A stretch of DNA of 64,000 bases from Candidatus Hadarchaeales archaeon. Its GTDB lineage: Archaea; Hadarchaeota; Hadarchaeia; Hadarchaeales; JAWBSP01. Shown in pieces: positions 44,911 to 56,262 of the stretch. The notes under the pieces were generated by a model, which did not search any database, was not told where the DNA came from, and saw only the letters and a program-made list of their open reading frames with translations. Made by a program: the position numbers and the translations under genes. The stretch spans positions 20,269 through 84,268 of the forward strand of contig JAWBSP010000001.1 of the NCBI GenBank assembly GCA_038842485.1, read 5' to 3'. Within the stretch, counting starts at the first letter, position 1; each line of letters starts with the position of its first letter.

Positions 44911-46226
44911 TGGTGGAGATACTCCCCCTCGGCGGACTTGGGGAGGTGGGGAAGAACATGACGGTCATGGGATTCGGGAAGGAGTGCGTAATTTTGGACA
45001 TGGGGATAAGACTCGACACCCTGCTCAGCTTCGAGGAGCTGGAGGTGGGGGATGTGGGGCGGGAGGAACTGATCGCCAGAAGCATAATACCCGACGACAC
45101 GGCCGTGAGGGGCAGGAAGGTAGTGGGTATTGTTATCTCCCACGCTCATCTGGATCACGTGGGGGCGGTTAGCAAGCTGGCAGGTTTCTACAAGGCCCCT
45201 GTAGTGGGAACCCCCTACACCCTTGAAGTGTTCAAGAGACTCAAGGCGGAGGAAAGGGCTTGCAAGGTGCGGAACCGGCTCATTCCCCTCAAACCCGGAG
45301 GCCGCATCCGCTTGGGGGGGATTGAGGTGGAGTTCATCCACGCTAACCATAGCGTCCCCCAGACGGTCTTTGTCTTGGTTGGGAAGGGGGAGAAGCAGGT
45401 CCTCTATGCGAGTGATTTCAAGTTAGACGAGAGACCCATCCTCGAGCCTCGGATGGACTTCTCAAGGCTTCGCAGGCTGGACAACCTGCTGGCTGCCATG
45501 GTGGGAACGGTGAGGCTGAATGAACAGGGGCCCATCCCCTCAGAGTCCTGGGTGGCAGGAGAGCTGAGGAGGGTGCTCGCGGAGGCGCACGAGGCGGGAA
45601 AAGGGGTGGTGATTACCACCTTCTCCTCCCACCTCGCAAGGATAAAGTCCATCGTGGAGATTTCCCTAGCTCTTGGCAGAAGGCCAGTAATCGTGGGCAG
45701 ATCGCTCTGGGAGTATCTCTCGGCTGGTATGAGGTTGGGAATCCTCAGGCTCCCAGAGGAGGTCAGGATAGGGAGGCGCGTAAGGTCCTCGAAGAGCCTG
45801 CTGAGGAAGGTGGCTAGGGAAAGAGAGGAGTATGTACTCATCTGTACAGGGCACCAAGGTGAGCCCAATTCGGTTCTCTCCCTACTGGCCGAGGACAGGC
45901 TTCCCTACCGGCTGGAGAGGGGCGACTCGGTGATCTTCTCCTCCAGCGTGATACCTCACCCCATCAACCAGGCTAACAGGGAGCTGCTGGAAACCAAGCT
46001 ACAGCTGAAGGGAGCGAGGATATACCGGGAGGTGCACGCCTCCGGTCACGCGGGGAGGACGGAGACTATGGAGTTTCTAAGGCTGATTAACCCCTCGCAC
46101 GTGGTCCCCTGCCATGGTACGGAGGACAGGCTTAGGATCCTTGCAGAACTAGCCAAGGGTCTAGGGTACTCCGGCTCCCAGATCCATCTGACCTCCAACG
46201 GTGTTCCGGTCGAGGTGGAGTGGTGA
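44910..46226 (+). CDS. rnj: beta-CASP ribonuclease (archaeal RNase J-like)
   Basis: Metallo-beta-lactamase HxHxDH (ISHAHLDHVGA) plus beta-CASP region, 438 aa. Confidence 0.8.
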   Translation: MVEILPLGGLGEVGKNMTVMGFGKECVILDMGIRLDTLLSFEELEVGDVGREELIARSIIPDDTAVRGRKVVGIVISHAHLDHVGAVSKLAGFYKAPVVGTPYTLEVFKRLKAEERACKVRNRLIPLKPGGRIRLGGIEVEFIHANHSVPQTVFVLVGKGEKQVLYASDFKLDERPILEPRMDFSRLRRLDNLLAAMVGTVRLNEQGPIPSESWVAGELRRVLAEAHEAGKGVVITTFSSHLARIKSIVEISLALGRRPVIVGRSLWEYLSAGMRLGILRLPEEVRIGRRVRSSKSLLRKVAREREEYVLICTGHQGEPNSVLSLLAEDRLPYRLERGDSVIFSSSVIPHPINQANRELLETKLQLKGARIYREVHASGHAGRTETMEFLRLINPSHVVPCHGTEDRLRILAELAKGLGYSGSQIHLTSNGVPVEVEW

Positions 46227-47878
46227 GCGAGGAGGTCATTTGGAGGCACGCGCTCAAGAACGCCTTACTCCACGGGGGTAGGGCCCTCCCCGACGCCGTG
46301 CTGGGTAAGGTTCTGGCCGAGAGACCAGAGCTCCGCGAGAAGCTGAAGGAGGTGAGGAGGAGGGTTGAGGAGGTGGTGGAGATGGTGAACTCGCTCTCCG
46401 TGGAGGAGCAGCGCTCTAGGCTGGCAGAGGTTGGGGAGCCGGAGCTCAGAAAGGTGGAGAGAAAGGAGCTACCAGAACTTCCCGGTGTTTCGGGTCCAGT
46501 GGTAACCCGCTTTGCCCCCAACCCGAACGGACCCTTGCATCTGGGTCACGTCAGGGCAGCCCTTCTCAGCTACGAGTACGCGAGGAGATACGGGGGGAAG
46601 TTCATCCTAAGGTTCGAGGACACCAACCCCCAGAACGCCCTTCCCGAGATGTATGAACTCATCCGGCAGGATTTACGGTGGCTGGGTATCAGCTGGGACG
46701 AGGAGCACCTCCAGTCTGATAGGCTCGAGCTATACTACTCTTATGCCGAGAGGCTGCTGGGGGAAGGAAAGGCGTACGTCTGCACCTGCCCGGCTGAGAG
46801 CTTCAGGGAGTTCAGGGAATCTGGGCGCCCGTGCCCGTGCAGGGAGCTCCCGGTTGAGGTACAGCTTGAGCGGTGGAGAGGGATGCTGGGAGGTGAGTTC
46901 AAGGAGGAGGAGGCGGTGATGAGGGTGAAGACAGATCTCTCCCACCCCAACCCTGCCGTCAGGGAGTGGCCTGCCCTGAGGATTGTGACCTCTCCTCACC
47001 CCAGAACGGGAACCAGGTACAGGGTCTGGCCCCTCTACAACTTCGCGGTCTCCGTGGATGACCACGAGATGGGGGTCACCCACATCCTGAGGGGAAAGGA
47101 GCACGAGGTGAACGAGCAGTGCCAGAGGTTCCTCTACATGCATCTCGGCTGGACCTATCCCGTTGCGGTGCAGTACGGAAGGCTGATGCTGGAGGGGGTC
47201 GAACTCAGCAAGACGCGGATAATGGCAGGGGTGAAGGAGGGGAGCTACACGGGCGTGGACGATGTGAGGCTGGCAACCATAGCCTCGCTGAGGAGGAGGG
47301 GTTACCTGCCCCAAGCTTTAAGAGAGGCCCTGCTGGAAGTCGGGCTCACGCTGGTGGACGCCCGCTTGAGCTGGGAGTCGCTGGCGTCCCACAACCGCAA
47401 GCTGCTGGATCCCATCGCCAACCGCTACTTCTTTGTTCCAGATCCCCTGGAGCTGGTGGTCGAGGGGGTTCCGGAGGTGAGGAGAGTGGAGGTCCCCCTG
47501 CATCCTAGTTTCTTGGAGCGGGGGAGGAGGTCGATTCCAGTGCAGTGGGAGGGAGGGAAGGTGAAGGTGAGGATTTCCAGAAGGGACGCACACCTGCTGA
47601 GAGAAGGGCAGATTTTCAGGCTGATGGGGCTCATGAACGTGAGGGTGAGGGACGGCGGGCTGGAGTTTGCTGGTTTTGAGGTGACCCCCGTGCCGAAAAT
47701 CCAGTGGGTTTCGGAGCCTTCCATTGAAGTCAGGGTGTTGAGGCCAGAGGGTGAGGAGAGAGGGCTGGCTGAGCCTTCTCTGCTTCAGGAGAAAGGGCAG
47801 GCGGTGCAGTTCGAGAGGTACGGTTTCGTGAGAATCGAGAGTCTCCAGCCACCTACGGTCATTTACACGCACCGGTAG
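46220..47878 (+). CDS. gltX: glutamyl-tRNA synthetase (archaeal)
   Basis: Class I HIGH motif (HLGHVRAAL) and KMSKT-like LSKTR. Confidence 0.9.
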   Translation: MVSEEVIWRHALKNALLHGGRALPDAVLGKVLAERPELREKLKEVRRRVEEVVEMVNSLSVEEQRSRLAEVGEPELRKVERKELPELPGVSGPVVTRFAPNPNGPLHLGHVRAALLSYEYARRYGGKFILRFEDTNPQNALPEMYELIRQDLRWLGISWDEEHLQSDRLELYYSYAERLLGEGKAYVCTCPAESFREFRESGRPCPCRELPVEVQLERWRGMLGGEFKEEEAVMRVKTDLSHPNPAVREWPALRIVTSPHPRTGTRYRVWPLYNFAVSVDDHEMGVTHILRGKEHEVNEQCQRFLYMHLGWTYPVAVQYGRLMLEGVELSKTRIMAGVKEGSYTGVDDVRLATIASLRRRGYLPQALREALLEVGLTLVDARLSWESLASHNRKLLDPIANRYFFVPDPLELVVEGVPEVRRVEVPLHPSFLERGRRSIPVQWEGGKVKVRISRRDAHLLREGQIFRLMGLMNVRVRDGGLEFAGFEVTPVPKIQWVSEPSIEVRVLRPEGEERGLAEPSLLQEKGQAVQFERYGFVRIESLQPPTVIYTHR

Positions 47879-47885
47879 CGAGGAG

Positions 47886-47901
47886 TGTTACATGTGTAAC
47901 A
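47886..47901. repeat. inverted repeat TGTTACA-TG-TGTAACA
   Basis: 7-bp perfect arms with a 2-bp spacer, 8 nt after the gltX stop and ~70 nt upstream of the RelE-like ORF. Confidence 0.4.
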
Positions 47902-47969
47902 TCAAAAACTGATCTTTATCGTCTTCAGCCTCACACTGGTAGGGGAGGTACGGATCCTGATACTAATTT

Positions 47970-48254
47970 TTGTCACCTGGGGCAGATAGGAGCCTCCCAC
48001 AAATTGGGAAGCAGCGTGACTGGTTTGAGGCACGCTCTCAGTCTCTCGCCCCAGAGGAAGCCACCCTCTTTAAACATCACCTCCGCAAATACGAACATGT
48101 TAAGCAGACTCTCCGGCTACTAAGAGAGAATCCGACTAGAGCCAGGAGCGGAGTTGATGTGAAATATCTAGTCGGAACTGCTCATCCAAAACTACATAGG
48201 CTACGGGTTGGCGAATACCGGGCAATCTTCTGGGTGGACGAAGAAAGATGCTAG
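47970..48254 (+). CDS. RelE/ParE-family toxin-like protein, possibly truncated, no cognate antitoxin seen
   Basis: Motif LRENP…G…HRLRVGEYRAIFWVDEE (compare RelE LRSSGYRLVYQVIDEK). TTG start. In-frame TAG follows immediately after DEERC. Low GC. Confidence 0.5.
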   Translation: MSPGADRSLPQIGKQRDWFEARSQSLAPEEATLFKHHLRKYEHVKQTLRLLRENPTRARSGVDVKYLVGTAHPKLHRLRVGEYRAIFWVDEERC

Positions 48255-48472
48255 GTACTCGTCGAAAAGATTGCTCCCGGGAAGAGTCTATTCCGGGATC
48301 TAGAAACTCATCGACCTCCGCAAATACTTGAGGTTTTTCGTCTCGTGAATCTGGCTTCCGAATCGTTAACGATAAGGCAGTCATGCTAGTGCCAAGCTAC
48401 CGTAACCTTCTAACGAGCAAAGCTAAAAAGGGACAAGTGGTGGTATGAATAGAACGATGAGGAGGTGGTAAG

Positions 48473-48847
48473 TTGGCCAAGCCCATGCATGTGAGGTTCG
48501 AGACACCCAAGGAGCTGGCTGAGAAGGCCTACCAAGTACTAGCGATGGTGAGGGAGAAGGGGAAGCTGAAACGGGGAATAAACGAGGTCACCAAGGCCGT
48601 GGAGAGGAAGCAGGCAAAGCTGGTGGTGATAGCCGAGGACATCGACCCGCCGGAAATCGCTGCGCACCTCCCACCCCTGAGTGATGAAAAGGGAGTCCCG
48701 TACCTTTATGTCCCAGAGAAGCGCAGGCTGGGAGAGGTTTCGGGATTGAATGTGGGCGCTTCCGCTGTGGCAGTGATCGAGGCGGGTGAGGCGGCTCCCC
48801 AGGTGGAGGAACTCATCGCAAGCGCGAAGCAGCTGAAGCCGAAGTAA
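48473..48847 (+). CDS. rpl7ae: 50S ribosomal protein L7Ae
   Basis: [20 protein letters not shown]…GVPY is the canonical L7Ae/L30e fold. Confidence 0.95.
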   Translation: MAKPMHVRFETPKELAEKAYQVLAMVREKGKLKRGINEVTKAVERKQAKLVVIAEDIDPPEIAAHLPPLSDEKGVPYLYVPEKRRLGEVSGLNVGASAVAVIEAGEAAPQVEELIASAKQLKPK

Positions 48848-48849
48848 GG

Positions 48850-49059
48850 ATGGAGGAGGAGGGCGCTCCCGCCGAGGTCTTGGAGATCCTCGGGCGGACC
48901 GGGGTGACGGGAGAGATTCTGCAGGTGAAGTGCAGGGTGCTCGAGGGAAAGGACAAGAACCGCGTGTTGGTCAGAAACGTGAAGGGTCCGGTCAGGGTCG
49001 GGGATGTTCTCATCCTGAGGGAGACGGAGAGGGAAGCTAGGGAGATAAAGGCCGTCTAA
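48850..49059 (+). CDS. rps28e: 30S ribosomal protein S28e
   Basis: [47 protein letters not shown]. Confidence 0.9.
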   Translation: MEEEGAPAEVLEILGRTGVTGEILQVKCRVLEGKDKNRVLVRNVKGPVRVGDVLILRETEREAREIKAV

Positions 49060-49229
49060 TGCCAGAAAGAACCTGTCACTTCTGTGGGGGGGGACTCGAG
49101 CCTGGGACCGGGCTGATGTTTGTGAGGAGGGATGGGACGGTTCACTTCTTCTGCTCCTCCAAGTGCGAGCGGAACTTCAGGATGGGGAGGAGCGCCTCCA
49201 AGCTGAAGTGGGCCAGGCGGGGAGGGGTC
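49059..49229 (+). CDS. rpl24e: 50S ribosomal protein L24e (no stop; frame continues into ndk)
   Basis: [35 protein letters not shown]…KLKWARR. No stop codon before the NDK domain. G8 homopolymer at codons 9–12. Confidence 0.8.
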
Positions 49230-49625
49230 TTGGAGCGAACGCTTGTCATGATCAAGCCGGATGGAGTTAAGGCCGGGCTCAGCGGGGAGATAGCCTCCAG
49301 AATCGCGAGGTCTGGTCTGAAGGTGGTTGCCTCCAAGCGCATGAGGCTTGATCGCGCTCTAGCGGAGCGGCTCTACTCTCCCCACAGGGGAAAGGAATTC
49401 TTCAAGGACCTGGTAGATTTCATCTGCTCGGGTGAGGTGGAGGTCATGATGGTGGAGGGAGAGAGGGCGGTGAAGCGCGTGAGGCAGCTGGTTGGACCCA
49501 CGGATCCGGCGGTGGCACCCAAGGGGACCATCAGGGGAGACTTCGGAAAGAGCATCCGGGAGAATGTCGTTCACGCAGCCGACTCCGTTCGCAGTGCCAA
49601 GAGGGAGTTGGCGCTCTTTTTCTAG
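49230..49625 (+). CDS. ndk: nucleoside diphosphate kinase (in frame with L24e; possible TTG internal start)
   Basis: [12 protein letters not shown]…NVVHAADS (catalytic His). GGAGGGG sits 2–4 nt upstream of the TTG at 49230. Confidence 0.8.
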   Translation: MERTLVMIKPDGVKAGLSGEIASRIARSGLKVVASKRMRLDRALAERLYSPHRGKEFFKDLVDFICSGEVEVMMVEGERAVKRVRQLVGPTDPAVAPKGTIRGDFGKSIRENVVHAADSVRSAKRELALFF

Positions 49626-49661
49626 TCGCAAATCCCATTAGCCTCCGCGGCTGATTCTGGA

Positions 49662-51440
49662 ATGATCAGACAGCCCATAGTTTCCGTTCTCGGGCACGTG
49701 GATCACGGCAAAACCCTCCTCCTAGATAGCATCAGGGGCACGGCGGTGGCTTCGAGGGAGGCTGGAGGGATAACCCAGCACATCGGGGCTAGCGAAGTCC
49801 CCGTGGAGGCTATCAGGAAGGTTTGTGGGCCCCTGCTGGAGCGCTTCAAGGTGACCTTGGAGGTTCCGGGTCTCCTATTCATCGATACCCCCGGGCACGA
49901 GGCCTTCACCAACCTGCGAAAGCGGGGAGGAGCCCTGGCCGATTTGGCCGTGCTGGTGGTAGACATCAAGGAGGGGTTCATGTCCCAGACATTGGAGTCC
50001 ATAAACATCCTCAGGACTTACAAGACACCCTTCCTGCTCGCTCTAAACAAGATAGACCTGCTGCCGGGGTGGAAACCCTCTAGGTGCCCCAGCTTCTTGG
50101 AGGCCGTGGCGAGGCAGCGCCGGGAGGTGGTGGGCCAGCTGGAGGACAGGATCTATGAGATGGTGGGTCGGTTGCACGAGCTAGGGTTCGAGTCCGAGAG
50201 ATTTGACAGGGTAACCGACTTCACCCGGCAGGTCTGCATCGTCCCAGTTTCTGCTAAGACGGGTGAGGGCGTGGCGGAGGTTCTTCTCATCCTCTCGGGT
50301 CTGGCACAGAGGTTCCTGCGTCGCTGGCTTGTCATCAAACCGGGGCCGGGAAGGGGGACGGTCTTGGAGGTGAAGGAGGAGGTGGGGCTGGGGAAGGTTC
50401 TGGATGTGATTCTTTACGACGGCCAGCTGAAGGAGGGGGATTTGTTTGCGGTGGGCGGGTTAGAGGGAGTGATAGTTTCCAAGGTGCGTGCCATCCTCCG
50501 CCCCAGAGCTCTGGACGAGATAAGGGATCCGGAGGAGAAGTTCAGGAGGGTCAGATCCGTTTCGCCCGCAGCAGGAATAAGGGTGGTGGCCCCCGGTCTG
50601 GAGGGAGCGACGGCTGGATCACCCTTCTGGGTTCTCTCGAGGGAGGAGGAGGCGAAGAAGCTCTGGGAGGAGATGCAGGCCGAGCTCGAGCGGGTCAGGA
50701 TAAAGTCAGAGGCGGACGGTGTGGTTCTGAAGGCAGACACTCTGGGCTCTCTAGAGGCGCTGGAGACTCTGCTCAGCTCCGCAAAGCTACCTATAAGGCT
50801 GGCCGATGTGGGGGACGTTTCAAAGAGGGATGTGGTGGAGGCGGAGGCGGTGGGGAAGTCCAATCCCCTTCTGTCTGTCGTTCTCGCCTTCAACGTAAAG
50901 GTGCTGCCTGATGCTAGGGAGGAGGCGGAGCGTGCGGGGGTAACCATTCTGGAGGAAAAGGTCGTCTACAAGCTACTCGAGCAACTGGAGGAGTGGAGGG
51001 CTAGGAGGGGGGAGGAGCTCAGGAAGAAGAAGCTGGAGGGTCTCCAGCTCCCCGTGAAGCTCAGGGTCAAGCCAGGTTATATCTTCAGGCGCAGTGAGCC
51101 CGCCATTGTGGGGGTGGAGGTGCTGGGCGGAATCCTTAGGACGAAGGTCACCCTGATGACCGAGGAGGGAATAGAGGTGGGGACGGTGAAGGAGATACAG
51201 AGCGAGCGCAGGCCCCTCCCCGAGGCCAGGAAGGGGCAGGAGGTGGCAGTTTCCATCGAGGGAGGGGTGGTGGGGAGGAACCTCTTCGAGAACTCCCTCC
51301 TCTACTCCTCCATCCCCCGCGATCAGGTGCTGGTCCTCAAGCGAGAACTCTCGACCCTCCTTCCCGAGGACGCGCTGGCCGTGCTTGAGGAAATCGTGGG
51401 AATCAAAAGGAAATTAGAACCGGGATATGGAGTGATGTAA
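49662..51440 (+). CDS. infB: translation initiation factor aIF5B (IF2 homologue)
   Basis: G1 motif GHVDHGKTLLLD and G3 DTPGHE. 592 aa, no intein. Confidence 0.9.
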   Translation: MIRQPIVSVLGHVDHGKTLLLDSIRGTAVASREAGGITQHIGASEVPVEAIRKVCGPLLERFKVTLEVPGLLFIDTPGHEAFTNLRKRGGALADLAVLVVDIKEGFMSQTLESINILRTYKTPFLLALNKIDLLPGWKPSRCPSFLEAVARQRREVVGQLEDRIYEMVGRLHELGFESERFDRVTDFTRQVCIVPVSAKTGEGVAEVLLILSGLAQRFLRRWLVIKPGPGRGTVLEVKEEVGLGKVLDVILYDGQLKEGDLFAVGGLEGVIVSKVRAILRPRALDEIRDPEEKFRRVRSVSPAAGIRVVAPGLEGATAGSPFWVLSREEEAKKLWEEMQAELERVRIKSEADGVVLKADTLGSLEALETLLSSAKLPIRLADVGDVSKRDVVEAEAVGKSNPLLSVVLAFNVKVLPDAREEAERAGVTILEEKVVYKLLEQLEEWRARRGEELRKKKLEGLQLPVKLRVKPGYIFRRSEPAIVGVEVLGGILRTKVTLMTEEGIEVGTVKEIQSERRPLPEARKGQEVAVSIEGGVVGRNLFENSLLYSSIPRDQVLVLKRELSTLLPEDALAVLEEIVGIKRKLEPGYGVM

Positions 51441-51823
51441 TGTTTAAGGTCAACATATCTACGCAGGACGGAAAGACCTACAAGGTCGAGGTGAAGGAAC
51501 CTCAGGCGAGGAGGCTCATAGGCCTCAAGATAGGGGACACCTTCGACGGGGGGATTGTCGGCCTTCCCGGCTACGAGCTCCAGATTACAGGAGGAACGGA
51601 TAGGGATGGTTTTCCCATGAGGCCTGATGTAACGGGGACGGGAAGGCACGACATCCTGCTGGCACGGGGGCCGGGATTCAGGCCTAGGAAACGGGGTGAG
51701 CGGAGGAGGAAAAAGGTCAGGGGGAACACCATCTCCGAGCTGATTGTTCAGATAAACACGAAGGTCACGAAGGTCGGTGAGAAGCCAATAGAGGAGCTGC
51801 TGAAGCCCGAGCCCGCAAAGTAG
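51440..51823 (+). CDS. rps6e: 30S ribosomal protein S6e
   Basis: MFKVNISTQDGKTYKVEV…GFPMR matches S6e. ATGTAATG overlap with infB. Confidence 0.9.
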   Translation: MFKVNISTQDGKTYKVEVKEPQARRLIGLKIGDTFDGGIVGLPGYELQITGGTDRDGFPMRPDVTGTGRHDILLARGPGFRPRKRGERRRKKVRGNTISELIVQINTKVTKVGEKPIEELLKPEPAK

Positions 51824-51846
51824 CTTTTGAGTTTTAGCGGGAGGAG

Positions 51847-54029
<2,183 letters not shown>

Positions 54030-54084
54030 AAATTTTGTCGGTTTGAGTAGTACAAAAATCATCTCTGCCGACTGAATCGAGGTC

Positions 54085-54351
54085 ATGTTTATACCCGAGA
54101 ACCGATCCCGTGCTGGAGAGATTGCGGGCCTTCTCAGAGGGATGGCCTTGGATGAGATTCAGGTGAACACTCCCCTCAGACCCAGCCCTATCAGGCCACT
54201 CTCAAGGGAGGAGCTCGAGGAGGTAGAGAGGAGCTTCGGGGGGATGAACTTCCGCTCGGTATACGGGGCGAGAAAGTCAAGGATCTCACAGGTAGTGGGC
54301 AGGAAAAGCTCAGGCTACTCAAGCGGGCCAACTAGATATTCTCCCTCGTGA
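54085..54351 (+). CDS. hypothetical small ORF (possible gene remnant)
   Basis: 88-aa ORF. No motif recognised. Sits in a 340-nt gap after kae1. Confidence 0.2.
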   Translation: MFIPENRSRAGEIAGLLRGMALDEIQVNTPLRPSPIRPLSREELEEVERSFGGMNFRSVYGARKSRISQVVGRKSSGYSSGPTRYSPS

Positions 54352-54370
54352 GGGTAAGGTTTGTCCGGTC

Positions 54371-55201
54371 TCAGCCACTGAGGTATCTCTTGGCTAGAGC
54401 CATCCCGATGGCGGAGAGCGCGAGCGAGAGTAGGCCGAGGTACGCCAAGTCCAGCAGGAGGGAGGAGAGATCGAGTTCCAGGACCGTCAGCTGTCTGATT
54501 GCGTCGGTTAGGTAGCTCACCGGGTTCACCCTGGCCACCGCCCGTAGCCAGGAGGGCATGAGCGAGGTGGGGAAGAAGATGTTGCTGGTGAAGAGGAGCG
54601 GCATGTTAATGAGGTTCACCACCGCCATGGGGGTCTCTATCTTGACCGCCCTCAGCGTGACGGAGACGAAAAGGAAGGAAAGCCCCACGCTGAAGAGAAA
54701 GATCACCCCGTACAGGGCGAGCAGGTTGAGGGGGGTGAAGGTGGATCCCAGCCTCAGTCCTAGGGGCAGCGCCACCAGCAGGAGGAGGGTGGCCTGGAAC
54801 ATGCTCCTGAGGGTCGAGTTCAGGACCTTGGAGAACACGTAGAGGCCTCTCGGGACCGGGGTGGTCAGGACCTTGTAAAGGAAGCCGAGCCTCCTGTCCC
54901 AGACGACCGACATCCCCGTGAACATGGCCGTGAAGATGGTCGTGAAGGAGATCATGCCCACCGCCATGAAGGAGAAATAATCGGAGGTGCCGAAGGTCTG
55001 CCGCATGATCTGCTCCCCCATCCCCGGTGGCAGGGAGGAGAAGAGGCCCCCGATGTTCATCGCCTTCCCCAAGAGGGACATCCAGATGACGGGCTGGATC
55101 ATCGTGACCAGCAGGATCAGCGGGTCCTTCAGCCACTTCTTGATCTCCCTGCTCGTCAGCGCCCAGAGGCCGCGCATGTAGCTCGGGCGGGACTCGCTCA
55201 T
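54371..55201 (-). CDS. ABC-2 type transporter permease
   Basis: Six TM helices. Cotranscribed with the upstream ATPase (4-nt overlap). Confidence 0.75.
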   Translation of the reverse strand: MSESRPSYMRGLWALTSREIKKWLKDPLILLVTMIQPVIWMSLLGKAMNIGGLFSSLPPGMGEQIMRQTFGTSDYFSFMAVGMISFTTIFTAMFTGMSVVWDRRLGFLYKVLTTPVPRGLYVFSKVLNSTLRSMFQATLLLLVALPLGLRLGSTFTPLNLLALYGVIFLFSVGLSFLFVSVTLRAVKIETPMAVVNLINMPLLFTSNIFFPTSLMPSWLRAVARVNPVSYLTDAIRQLTVLELDLSSLLLDLAYLGLLSLALSAIGMALAKRYLSG

Positions 55202-56199
55202 CTTCTCGCCATCCTCAGGACCCTTCTCAACCTCCGTGCCTCCTCACCTCCCTCGGTCTCCCTCATGGATTTCCCAGTGTAGGACATGTAGACCTCGTTC
55301 AGGCTGGGTTCGAGGAGCGAGGCCTTTCTCACCACGAACCCCCTCTTCCCGAGTGCCTCGATTATCTTCGGCAGGGCGACCCTCCCCTCCTTGGTCTTCA
55401 CCCAGTAGGTGCCGTCCTCCCTCCAGACCTCGCTGACGGGTTCGATCTCCCGTATCAGCGCGCTCGCGTCGGCATCCCCCTCGAGAACCAAGGTCACGAT
55501 ATCCCCACCCAAGCCCTCCTTCAGCTCCGAGGGCTTTCCCATGGCAACGATTTTACCCCTGTCGATGATGGCGATCCGGTCGCAGAGGGCATCAGCCTCT
55601 TCCAAGTAATGGGTGGTGAGGAAGATCGTCGTCCCGTGATCCTTCCTGAGTCTCCTTATGTAATCCCAGATCGCCACTCTGGTCTGCACGTCCAGCCCCA
55701 GGGTGGGCTCGTCGAGGAACAGTATCTTTGGTCTGTTTATCAGACCGCACGCGAACTCCAGCCTCCTCCTCATCCCGCCGGAGTAGGTTTCCACCTTCCT
55801 GTGCTCGCTCCCTTTGAGCTCCACCAGCCTCAGAAGCTCCTCGGCTCTCTCCGCGGCAAGCTTCCGTGGTACCCCGTAGAGGTCGGCGCAGAGCATCAGG
55901 TTCTCCCACCCAGTGAGGTCCTCGTCGGCGGTGTACTCCTGCGGGACCACCCCCACGTTCCTCCTTACCTCCTCTGGCTGTGTGGTCACCTCATATCCCA
56001 GAACCAGCGCCGTACCCTCGGTTGGTCTCAAAACCGTGGTGAGCATGTTTATGGTGGTGGTTTTCCCGGCGCCGTTGGGACCGAGGAAACCGAAGATTTC
56101 CCCCTCGTATACGCTGAAGCTCACGTGATCTACGGCTACGAGGCTCCGGTTGAAGACCTTGGTGAGATTCTCAACCTTTATTATCTCTCTCGCTTCCAT
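55198..56199 (-). CDS. ABC transporter ATP-binding protein
   Basis: Walker A GPNGAGKTTT, signature SGGMRRR, Walker B LFLDEPT. Confidence 0.85.
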   Translation of the reverse strand: MEAREIIKVENLTKVFNRSLVAVDHVSFSVYEGEIFGFLGPNGAGKTTTINMLTTVLRPTEGTALVLGYEVTTQPEEVRRNVGVVPQEYTADEDLTGWENLMLCADLYGVPRKLAAERAEELLRLVELKGSEHRKVETYSGGMRRRLEFACGLINRPKILFLDEPTLGLDVQTRVAIWDYIRRLRKDHGTTIFLTTHYLEEADALCDRIAIIDRGKIVAMGKPSELKEGLGGDIVTLVLEGDADASALIREIEPVSEVWREDGTYWVKTKEGRVALPKIIEALGKRGFVVRKASLLEPSLNEVYMSYTGKSMRETEGGEEARRLRRVLRMARR

Positions 56200-56262
56200 A
56201 GCCTCCGTTCCGGTGCGTTGGGTTTTTTATTGTTTAGATTTTTCCTCGACATCCAAGGCCGC

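Noticed and set aside
48252-48254. TAG in the RelE-like gene as a pyrrolysine codon
   Set aside because: There is no pylT or pylS, no PYLIS-like context, and genes across the window use TAG as an ordinary stop. Truncation or pseudogenisation is the simpler explanation.
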